The translations under genes were made by a program, and so were the position numbers. From positions 6,569-50,359 of the forward strand of contig JBBTFH010000022.1 of the NCBI GenBank assembly GCA_038041915.1: DNA of 43,791 nucleotides, given 5' to 3'. Shown here piece after piece: positions 27,762-34,972 of this stretch. This DNA is from Myxococcota bacterium. Its GTDB lineage: Bacteria; Myxococcota_A; Polyangia; JBBTFH01. Within the stretch, counting starts at the first letter, position 1. Each line of letters starts with the position of its first letter. Under the pieces are notes generated by a model. That model ran no database searches and was not told where the DNA came from. It saw only the letters and a program-made list of their open reading frames with translations.

Positions 27762-29186
27762 TCATGCGGCGGTGAGCGCCTGCGTCTCGATCAGGCGCGG
27801 ATCGTTGCCGACGCGGTAGATGCGGGCGCGCTCGGGCGCTTCCGACCCGGCGATCTGCCGCGCGGCGAGAAAGCCCATCTCCATGGCGGCGTCCATGAAC
27901 ACGTAGCGGAACAGGCCCTGGCGCCCGGCCGTCCAGACGTTGCGGAAGCGTTCGACGCCGGCGAGCAGCGCGTCGCAGTCCTGCCGATAGGTCAGGTGAT
28001 AGATGGGATATCCGTGCTCGACGCGCTCGGAGAAGACGCCGAGCATGTGCGGGCGCACGTCGAAGCCGAGCGAGGCGAGGTCGCCCAGCATGCGCTCGGC
28101 CAACTCCGCGTCGGGCACGGTCCAGAGCGCGTCGCCCGGCTGGCACGGGATCTCGAGCATCAGCGAGGTCTTGCCCGGCGGCGCCATCTCGGGGCTGCGC
28201 CGGCGCGGCTCCTGGATGCGGCTCATCGGGTAGCGCGGGTCGGACACGTACATCCACGTGCTGTCGGAGACGTCGGGCAGATCGAGCAGCAGGTTCAGGA
28301 AGCGCAGGCCGCGGAAGCGCAGGCGCGAGGCTGCGGCGGTGGCAAGGCCGGGCGCGAGCTGACGCGCGAGCGCGGCCAGCGGGATCGTCGAGACGACGTG
28401 CGAGCAGGCGACGGTGCGCGCGCGGCCTTCAAAGTCGCGGAAGGTAACGGCGGCGACAGAATCGCGCTCGACCTCGAGGCCGGTGACCTCCGCGCCGAGG
28501 ATCACCTCGCTGCCGCTCGCGGAGACGTGGTCTGCGAGCCTCGCGAAGAACTGCCCCATGCCGAGGCGCGGGTAGAGGTAGCGCCGCGCATACGTGCGCA
28601 CGGGTGCGCGGCGCAGGCCCGCGAGGCGCAGCGCGACGTCGCCCAGATCGAGCAGCGAGATGCGCTGTGCCGCCCAATCGCCGGAGATCTGCGTCGCGGG
28701 GACGCCCCACAGCTTTTCGGTGTATGGGCCGAAGAAGCGGCGGTAGAGCGGCGCGCCGAAACGCGCGGTCACCCAGCCCGCGAACGTGGCGTCGTCGCGC
28801 GGGGCGAAGCGGCGGCGCAGCCGCTCCCACAGAAAGCCGCCGAGCGCGGCCACGTTCGCGCGCACGCCGAGGTTGCGGAGCAGATCGCCGGCGGCCAGCG
28901 GGTAGCGGAAGCGCTTCCCGCCCGCCAGCACGACGCTCTTTCGCTCGGCCTCGAGCAGGAGGTCGCCCGCCAGCGCGGTCACGCGCCGCTGGAGCTCGCG
29001 GTTGCCGGTGATGAAGCGGTGGCCGCCGAGATCGAAGCGCCAGCCGCGGTGCTCGACGGTGGCGCAAAGGCCGCCGGGCCGCGTCTCGCGCTCGAGCACG
29101 ATCGACGGCACGCCGCGGTCGCAAAGCTCCCACGCCGCCGCGAGGCCGCACGGGCCGCCGCCCAGGATGAGGACGGGATCCGTCAT
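27762..29186 (-). CDS. FAD/NAD(P)-binding oxidoreductase (amine-oxidase / protoporphyrinogen-oxidase-like superfamily)
   Basis: Track ORF 27762-29897 trimmed to ATG 29186 (MTDPVLILGGGPCGLAAAWEL dinucleotide-binding motif). No signal peptide. The start shares 1 nt with the porin stop (TGATG). Confidence 0.85.
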   Translation of the reverse strand: MTDPVLILGGGPCGLAAAWELCDRGVPSIVLERETRPGGLCATVEHRGWRFDLGGHRFITGNRELQRRVTALAGDLLLEAERKSVVLAGGKRFRYPLAAGDLLRNLGVRANVAALGGFLWERLRRRFAPRDDATFAGWVTARFGAPLYRRFFGPYTEKLWGVPATQISGDWAAQRISLLDLGDVALRLAGLRRAPVRTYARRYLYPRLGMGQFFARLADHVSASGSEVILGAEVTGLEVERDSVAAVTFRDFEGRARTVACSHVVSTIPLAALARQLAPGLATAAASRLRFRGLRFLNLLLDLPDVSDSTWMYVSDPRYPMSRIQEPRRRSPEMAPPGKTSLMLEIPCQPGDALWTVPDAELAERMLGDLASLGFDVRPHMLGVFSERVEHGYPIYHLTYRQDCDALLAGVERFRNVWTAGRQGLFRYVFMDAAMEMGFLAARQIAGSEAPERARIYRVGNDPRLIETQALTAA

Positions 29187-30514
29187 CAGAAGATGAAGCC
29201 GCCTCCCAGGAAGATCGAATCGGCGGCGGGCTCCGCGGCGTCGGAGACCTGGTGCTGGTATTCGCCCTTGACGACGACCTGCGCGAGAGGCTTGAAGTCG
29301 AGCCCGGCGGCGATCGCGACAATGCGGCGCGCCTCGTCGGCGGAGCGGCCGGCGATCTCCGGCACGTCGCGCTGCGTGTCGACGCGCTCGATCCGAGTCC
29401 ACGGCGCGAGCGACCAGGTCGCGGTGCGCGAGAAGAGCGGCACCAGATCGTAGGTCGCTTCGAAGTACCCGCCGAAGACGTCGGAGGCGACGAGACTCGT
29501 CCCGTCCGGATCGACGGTGAGCGAGAGCTGCCCGGCGTTGCGGACATGGCCGATGGCTCCGAGCGCGCGCAGCTCGAGGCCGCCCACGCGAAGCTGCGCG
29601 TGCCCCTCGCCGAGCGTCGTCTCGACGGAGAGCTCGTCGCCGGCGGCATCCACGACCTTGCCCTGGTCCGCGCCGCCCCAGTAGAACGAGCCGCCCGCGC
29701 GCACGTGGCGTCCGGCGTCGTAGTCGACGCGCGCGACGATCGCGACGTCCTCGCCGACGGCGTTGCGGCCGTGCTGGCGGCCCGCGGCCCAGCCGCCGGC
29801 GGAGAACTTCGTCGCGTCCATGCCGGTCACGACGTAGAGCCGGTAGAGCAGGCCCTCGAACGGCTCGCCGAAGATTCCGGCGCCGATCTCGCGCCACGTC
29901 GTCGGGATGACGCGGCGCTCGACGAGCGGCCGTAGGTTGCCGCGATACACGGTCGGCTCGTGCATCTCGTTGATGATGCCGACCGGCAGCAGCATCAGGC
30001 CCGCGCGCAGGTTGATTTCGTCCGCCAGCAGGAAGTCGAGATACGCGAACTCGACCTCCGCGACCTCCGCGTGCTCGAACTCGAACTCGACGTTCATGAG
30101 GATGCGCGGCGAGAACTTGTAACCGCCGTAGAGCACGACGCGCGGGATGTCGAAGCGGTCGACGTCGGCCGGCGCCGCGTCGGCCACGACGTTCTGGTAG
30201 TGGAACTCGCCGTAGCCGCCGAGCGAGAGGCCGCGCGTGGCTTGGTAGACCTTCGAGGCGGCGGGACCGAGGCCGTAGGCGCTTCGGTATTCTTCCTTTT
30301 CGGGCAGCACCATCTGCTCGCGCAGGCGCGCGACCTCTTCGGCGAGGATGTCGACCTTTCGATCGATCTCTGCTTCGTGCTCCGCCTCGTGCTCCGCTTC
30401 GTGCTCTTCTTCGTGCTCCGTTTCGCGCGTAGCCGCGGGCAGCGGCTCGGCGAGGCTTCCATCCGCGAGAAGGAGCGGCGTGATGAGAATGAAAGTCAAA
30501 ATCACTTTCAACAT
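29186..30514 (-). CDS. Outer-membrane porin-like beta-barrel with a His/Glu-rich N-terminal segment and a coiled-coil
   Basis: Signal MLKVILTFILITPLLLADG. ETEHEEEHEAEHEAEHEAE tract. Coiled-coil DILAEEVARLREQ. Alternating beta pattern. C-terminal ...FLGGGFIF. Confidence 0.8.
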   Translation of the reverse strand: MLKVILTFILITPLLLADGSLAEPLPAATRETEHEEEHEAEHEAEHEAEIDRKVDILAEEVARLREQMVLPEKEEYRSAYGLGPAASKVYQATRGLSLGGYGEFHYQNVVADAAPADVDRFDIPRVVLYGGYKFSPRILMNVEFEFEHAEVAEVEFAYLDFLLADEINLRAGLMLLPVGIINEMHEPTVYRGNLRPLVERRVIPTTWREIGAGIFGEPFEGLLYRLYVVTGMDATKFSAGGWAAGRQHGRNAVGEDVAIVARVDYDAGRHVRAGGSFYWGGADQGKVVDAAGDELSVETTLGEGHAQLRVGGLELRALGAIGHVRNAGQLSLTVDPDGTSLVASDVFGGYFEATYDLVPLFSRTATWSLAPWTRIERVDTQRDVPEIAGRSADEARRIVAIAAGLDFKPLAQVVVKGEYQHQVSDAAEPAADSIFLGGGFIF

Positions 30515-30520
30515 GGCGCT

Positions 30521-30549
30521 TATCTAGCCGAGGGTCTCGTGGCTGTCAA
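30521..30549 (-). promoter_or_regulatory. Sigma-70-type promoter candidate for the porin operon
   Basis: Minus strand reads TTGACA (30549-30544), 17 nt, TAGATA (30526-30521). Only 6 nt separate the -10 from ATG 30514, which implies a leaderless or near-leaderless mRNA. Confidence 0.4.
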
Positions 30550-30630
30550 CAGAAAAGACACACTAGATTACAAGTCGCTGTAGTTGCTTAATTCTTCAGC
30601 TTCGACAAAATAGTACTTGAAACTGACTTT

Positions 30631-30649
30631 GATTTTTGATTTCATTCAT
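30631..30649. promoter_or_regulatory. AT-rich Fur-box-like element immediately upstream of the FMN_bind gene
   Basis: GATTTTTGATTTCATTCAT loosely resembles GATAATGATAATCATTATC. It overlaps a TTGAAA-N17-TTTCAT promoter-like arrangement (30617-30645). Confidence 0.25.
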
Positions 30650-30654
30650 GACCG

Positions 30655-31215
30655 ATGCGGCGGCTGTCCCTCATGACGCTTCTCGTGGCCACGGGCGTTC
30701 AGGCGGAAGTCTTCCACTCGAAAGAGTCCGCGCTGCGCCTCGCGTTCCCCGACGCCGACACCGTCACGCCGAGGAACTTCTTCATCAGCGACGCGCAGAA
30801 GGCCGAGGCCGAGGCGCTCGGTGGCGCGGCGCTCGAGTCGCGCATGGTCACCTGCTACGTCGGCGCGCGCGCTGGGCAGATCCTCGGCTACGCCTTCATC
30901 GACACGCACCTCGTGCGCACGCTGCCCGAGACGTTGATGGTCGTGCTCGCGCCGGACGGCCGCGTCCGCGCGACACACCTGCTCGCGTTCCACGAGCCGC
31001 CCGAGTACCAGCCGCCGCGCCGGTGGCTGCGCCAGTTCGCCGAGCGCCGCCTCGGACCGTCCGTGCGCCTCGGCGCCGACATCGTCGCCATCGCCGGCTC
31101 GAGCATGACCTCGGAGGCGGTGACGGCCGGTATCCGCCGCGTCCTCGCACTCTACGAGGTGCTGCTGCGCCCGAGCGGTGGCGCGCGCGCCGGCGGCGTC
31201 CGGCCCGGCGCGTAG
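30655..31215 (+). CDS. Secreted FMN_bind-domain protein (likely ApbE flavinylation substrate)
   Basis: Signal MRRLSLMTLLVATGVQA. C-terminal ADIVAIAGSSMTSEAVTAGIRRVL aligns with the FMN_bind motif VDAISGATxSSxAV. Confidence 0.7.
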   Translation: MRRLSLMTLLVATGVQAEVFHSKESALRLAFPDADTVTPRNFFISDAQKAEAEALGGAALESRMVTCYVGARAGQILGYAFIDTHLVRTLPETLMVVLAPDGRVRATHLLAFHEPPEYQPPRRWLRQFAERRLGPSVRLGADIVAIAGSSMTSEAVTAGIRRVLALYEVLLRPSGGARAGGVRPGA

Positions 31216-31221
31216 GGCACG

Positions 31222-31728
31222 TTGCGCTTCGTCGTCACCGGTGAGTGGGGAAGAAATCGCCTCCTGCGGGTGATCCTCTCGCTGTTCCTCTGCTACGTGG
31301 CGCTCTTCTGGGTCACGAACTTCGTTCTGTACTTCGGCAAGATGACGCTCGCGCCCTCGTCGGTGGTCGCGTACTACCTGGGCGACGAGTCGCGCTTCAT
31401 GCAGCCGCGCTCGCTGCAGGGCCTCGCGGAGGTCGCGCACTTCCATCTGTTCGCGATGGGCATGCTGGTGATGACGCTGACGCACCTGCTGCTGTTCGTG
31501 CCGTCCTCGCTGCGCCTCAAGGGGACGCTCATCATCGCGGCCTTCGCGGCGGCGCTGCTCGACGAGGGCTCCGGATGGCTCGTACGCTTCCTGCACCCGG
31601 GGTTCGCCTACGTGAAGGTCGCCTCGTTCCTGACGCTGCAAGGCGCGCTGGCGGGGCTGATCGCGCTGATCGTGCGCGGGCTGGCGTTTCCGGAGCGCAA
31701 CGCGTACCGCGATTCGGAAACGACGTGA
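31222..31728 (+). CDS. Four-TM integral membrane protein with conserved-looking His residues
   Basis: TTG 31222. Helices LLRVILSLFLCYVALFWVTNFVLYF, VAHFHLFAMGMLVMTLTHLLLFV, LIIAAFAAALL and VASFLTLQGALAGLIALIV. The stop overlaps the apbE start. Confidence 0.65.
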   Translation: MRFVVTGEWGRNRLLRVILSLFLCYVALFWVTNFVLYFGKMTLAPSSVVAYYLGDESRFMQPRSLQGLAEVAHFHLFAMGMLVMTLTHLLLFVPSSLRLKGTLIIAAFAAALLDEGSGWLVRFLHPGFAYVKVASFLTLQGALAGLIALIVRGLAFPERNAYRDSETT

Positions 31729-32624
31729 AGGCGGCGATGCTGCTGATGGCGGCGGGCTGTGCCAGCGCGCCGCCGGCGGTCGCTCGGCCCGCACCATCGG
31801 TGGAGCGCGCCCGCTGGGTGATGGGCACGCGCCTGCGCATCGTCGCGTTTCACGAGAGCGAGGCGAAGGCCGCCGCGGCGATCGAGCGGGCGTTCGGAGA
31901 GGCGGAACGGCTCGACGCGCTGCTCAGCCATTACAAGGCGGACAGCGAGCTCTCGGCGATCAATCGAGACGCCGGCACCTGGCGCGAGGCTTCGCCCGAA
32001 ATGCTGACGTTCGCGCGTGCGTGCCTCGACGCGGCGGCGCGCACCGACGGCCTCTTCGACCCGACGGTCGGCCCGCTGGTTCGCGCCGGCGGCGCGACCG
32101 ACGCGCGCGCGCTCGTCGGCTGGCGCCTGCTCGAATTCGACGGCACGCGGGTGCGGCTGGCGCGAGCCGGCATGGCGCTCGATCCGGGCGGCATCGGCAA
32201 GGGCTACGCCGTCGACGCGATGGTCGCGGCGCTGCGCGCGGCCGGCGTCTCGCGCGCGCTCGTCGACTTCGGCGAGTCGAGCTTCTATGCGTACGGCGAG
32301 CCCGGCTTCCGCATCGCGGTGCGCGACGCCTCGGGCCAGCCCTTGGGGCCCCACGTCGAGCTGCGCGACGCCTCGCTCTCGACCTCGATGACGCGCACGT
32401 TCCCCGACCGGCGCACGCACATCTTCGATCCGCGCACCGGGCTCGCCGTCGAGACGGCGCGCACGGCCGCGGTGGTCATGAAGTCGGCGACGATGGCCGA
32501 CGTGCTCTCGACCGCGCTCTGCGTCGGCGGCGCCGAGCGCATGGACCTCGTCGAGCGCTTTCCCGGCACCTGGGCGTGGTTTCACGAACAAGGTTCCCCG
32601 CCCGTCGAGCGGCGGGCGCGCTGA
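31725..32624 (+). CDS. apbE: FAD:protein FMN transferase (ApbE family) lipoprotein
   Basis: GTG 31725 within track ORF 31245-32624. Lipobox MLLMAAGC. Blocks SELSAINR, DPTVGPLV, LDPGGIGKGYAVD and HIFDPRTG are typical of ApbE. Confidence 0.9.
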   Translation: MKAAMLLMAAGCASAPPAVARPAPSVERARWVMGTRLRIVAFHESEAKAAAAIERAFGEAERLDALLSHYKADSELSAINRDAGTWREASPEMLTFARACLDAAARTDGLFDPTVGPLVRAGGATDARALVGWRLLEFDGTRVRLARAGMALDPGGIGKGYAVDAMVAALRAAGVSRALVDFGESSFYAYGEPGFRIAVRDASGQPLGPHVELRDASLSTSMTRTFPDRRTHIFDPRTGLAVETARTAAVVMKSATMADVLSTALCVGGAERMDLVERFPGTWAWFHEQGSPPVERRAR

Positions 32625-32639
32625 CAGACAGGCTTTGGC

Positions 32640-33280
32640 TTAGACGGTACGGATCTCGGCGCGGGCCGAGTCGGCTGCCGCCGCTTCGAGGTGCGCGACG
32701 TCCGGCGACGACATGCCGCCGTGACCGCTGCCTTCTCCCAGGTGGTAGCCGGCCTCGCCGTGAGCCGTATCGTCCAGACCCTGCTCTTCCGCTTCGGCGC
32801 TGGGCCTGAGACCGAGGACCGCCTTCAGCGCAAACGCGAGCACGGCCGCTCGCGGTCACGGACAGGGCCAGCGTCAGGCCGATCGTGCAGCAGGGCGAAC
32901 TTGGTTCCGCCCAGAAGCGAGCTTCCGCCGGCGAATGCGAAGCTGTAGCCAATCGCCCACCAGATTGCCGTGACCAGGCCCGCGCAGCCCAGGCACTGCG
33001 CCAGGACCGACAGGACGTTCTTCCGTTGGACGAGGCCGCCGTAGAAAAGGGCCAGGCCCGGAAGCGTCATGAACAGCACCAAGGCGGTCGACGTCATCAT
33101 CCAGGCGTTGTGACCAGGCCCCGGGGCGGAAAGGATCTTGGGTGCGCCGTTGGTCACGTACGCCTCGAGGTCTGCCACGCGTTGCGCGAGATCGGGCGCC
33201 TCCCCCGCAAGCGCCATCTTCGCGGCCAGGGTGGCGAGGCAGACCGCCGCACCGACCATTGCTGTTTTGCCGATTCTCAT
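32640..33280 (-). pseudogene. amt: Ammonium transporter (Amt family) remnant with a large internal deletion and a frameshift
   Basis: The N-terminal roughly 115 aa are intact (NAWMMTSTALVLFMTLPGLALFYGGLVQRKN...IGYSFAFAGG). They then run into a stop at 32825. The C-terminal end is found in two other frames (TIGLTLALSVTASG, then VLAFALKAVLGLRPSAEAEEQGLDDTAHGEAGY). The roughly 270 central residues expected for the family are absent. Confidence 0.8.
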
Positions 33281-33323
33281 TGGGATGGCTTTCCTTTCTC
33301 AGAGGGGAGGCGACTAAAGGCCG

Positions 33324-33887
33324 ATGACGCTACCGAGCATTGGTTTCATGTGCCGGGAGACTACGCGCGGCTTGTTTCTGGGATGTGTCCAGCGAATGGC
33401 GACTCGGAAAATCGGGCGGGAATTTCTGGGTGCCAGTTGGGCACACGCGTGCCGCGGCGTCGCGCTCGGCGAGGTGCTCGTCGATACGCCCACGCTGCTC
33501 GTCCGCGCGCTCGCCGCGCCGCAACTGCTCGCGATGAAGCTGTGCGCTTGGCGCGACGACGTCGACATCGGCGACGCGCTCGTGGCTCGGCAGTGGGTCG
33601 CGGACGCTGCGCGCGCCGGCATCGTTTGGACCACCGTCGCGCCTCCCACGCGGTCGGATCCGATCGCGATCGCCGTGGGCGCCGGAGTCGTCGAGTTGCT
33701 CGCCGCGCGGGCCGGGCATGAGCCGCCGCCCTGGACCACGCTCGTCCCGGGGGCGCCGCACCCGGTGTTCCTGGTCCGGGCTGGCGAGACCATGCCGCGC
33801 CTGCGGCGGGCCTGCGAAATCGACGGACCCGAGCCGCTGCGTCGTCGGCGCCTCCTCGCTCCCGCGGATTTCCTCACCGCGGCGTGA
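33324..33887 (+). CDS. Hypothetical protein, possibly a gene remnant
   Basis: Coding-like GC3 appears only from about 33470 onward. PQLLAMKLCAWRDDVDIGDA resembles the C-terminal motif of nucleotidyltransferase-type (AbiEii/DUF6036-like) proteins. The N-terminal part looks non-coding. Confidence 0.35.
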   Translation: MTLPSIGFMCRETTRGLFLGCVQRMATRKIGREFLGASWAHACRGVALGEVLVDTPTLLVRALAAPQLLAMKLCAWRDDVDIGDALVARQWVADAARAGIVWTTVAPPTRSDPIAIAVGAGVVELLAARAGHEPPPWTTLVPGAPHPVFLVRAGETMPRLRRACEIDGPEPLRRRRLLAPADFLTAA

Positions 33888-33901
33888 GTGACGGGGCGCC
33901 G

Positions 33902-34972
33902 CTATGGCGCGCACGCGTGGCAGCCCCGTCGGCCGCCGCCGGCGGCGCGCAGGCAGCCGGCGCACAGGACGTGCAGGCGGTCGTCGCAGAGGCCGAAGGC
34001 CAGGACGCCCGCGGCGCACGCGTCGCAGCCTACCGGGTCGAGTTCACGCGTGAGCGCGCTCGCGTGCAGGCGCACGTCGCGCTCGGCCTTGCGGCGGCGC
34101 ACGCGCAGATCGATCGCCACCGAAGGCGCGCGCACGATCGCCACCGCGACGGGCGTGAGCTCGATCGCGACGGCGAAGCGGGGCGCGAGCGCTTCGATTT
34201 TCGCATCGAGGTCGGCCGCGAGCGAGCTCAGGCGTCGCTGTTGCGCCGTGGTGTCGCTGCCGCGCGCGCGGCGGCGGGCGATCTCGGACCGCACCTCGAC
34301 CTCGAGCGCGCCGTAGTACTCGCGGAGTCGGCCTCCGTCGCGCGCCTTGCGCCGGCGGACGCCGTCGACGAAATCGGCAAGGCGCTCGCGCGCCGCCCGC
34401 GCGGCGATGCGCGCGATACGCGCCGCCAGCGTGACCGTGTCGACCACGGCCGGCGCGGGCCGCATGTCGTCGATGCGCTGCTCGAGCGCCGTCGTGGCCG
34501 CAGGCGTCTCGCCGCCGGCCGGCCCGCAGGCGATGGAGAAGAGCGTCTCGCGTTGCTCGTCGGCGCGCGCGACCGCGTGGAAGTGCAGGATCGCGTACAC
34601 GGCCTCGCCGGGGCCTTCGCTCGCGCCCGCGATCACACCGTTCAGAATCTGCACCCTGTCTCGCGCCGAGCGGGCCGCCGAAGCGGGCGGGGTGTCGTCG
34701 ATTGCCAGGCCGACGGCGCTCGGCGCCGCGCACGCCTCGGCGACGAGGCGATCGAGGCGCGCGCTGCCGAAGCCGACGCCGGCGCCGTCCCGAGCGTCGG
34801 CGGGCGCGTCGAGGAGCCGTCCGGCCTCGGGCAGGCCGAGCGCCGCCGTGGCCTCGGCGGGCAGCACGTAGTCGAGCGCCCCGCCTGGCGATCGCTCGGC
34901 CAGCGCGCCGCGCGCGGCCAGCAGCGCCGCCGCGAAGTCGAGCGCGTCGCCTGTGCCGGAACCCTCGATCAT
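33902..34972 (-). CDS. Hypothetical protein with a C-terminal multi-Cys zinc-ribbon-like motif, coupled to the SNF2 helicase
   Basis: Track ORF 33902-35698 trimmed to ATG 34972, which overlaps the helicase stop (ATGA). C-terminus CDACAAGVLAFGLCDDRLHVLCAGCLRAAGGGRRGCHACAP. Central coiled-coil/Arg-rich segment. No family recognised. Confidence 0.65.
   Translation of the reverse strand: MIEGSGTGDALDFAAALLAARGALAERSPGGALDYVLPAEATAALGLPEAGRLLDAPADARDGAGVGFGSARLDRLVAEACAAPSAVGLAIDDTPPASAARSARDRVQILNGVIAGASEGPGEAVYAILHFHAVARADEQRETLFSIACGPAGGETPAATTALEQRIDDMRPAPAVVDTVTLAARIARIAARAARERLADFVDGVRRRKARDGGRLREYYGALEVEVRSEIARRRARGSDTTAQQRRLSSLAADLDAKIEALAPRFAVAIELTPVAVAIVRAPSVAIDLRVRRRKAERDVRLHASALTRELDPVGCDACAAGVLAFGLCDDRLHVLCAGCLRAAGGGRRGCHACAP

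Noticed and set aside
33314-34019. Minus-strand ORFs 33314-33877 and 33330-34019
   Set aside because: Their translations are Arg/Pro/Gly-rich without motifs. The plus-strand frame shows the better codon bias there, although that frame itself may be a remnant.
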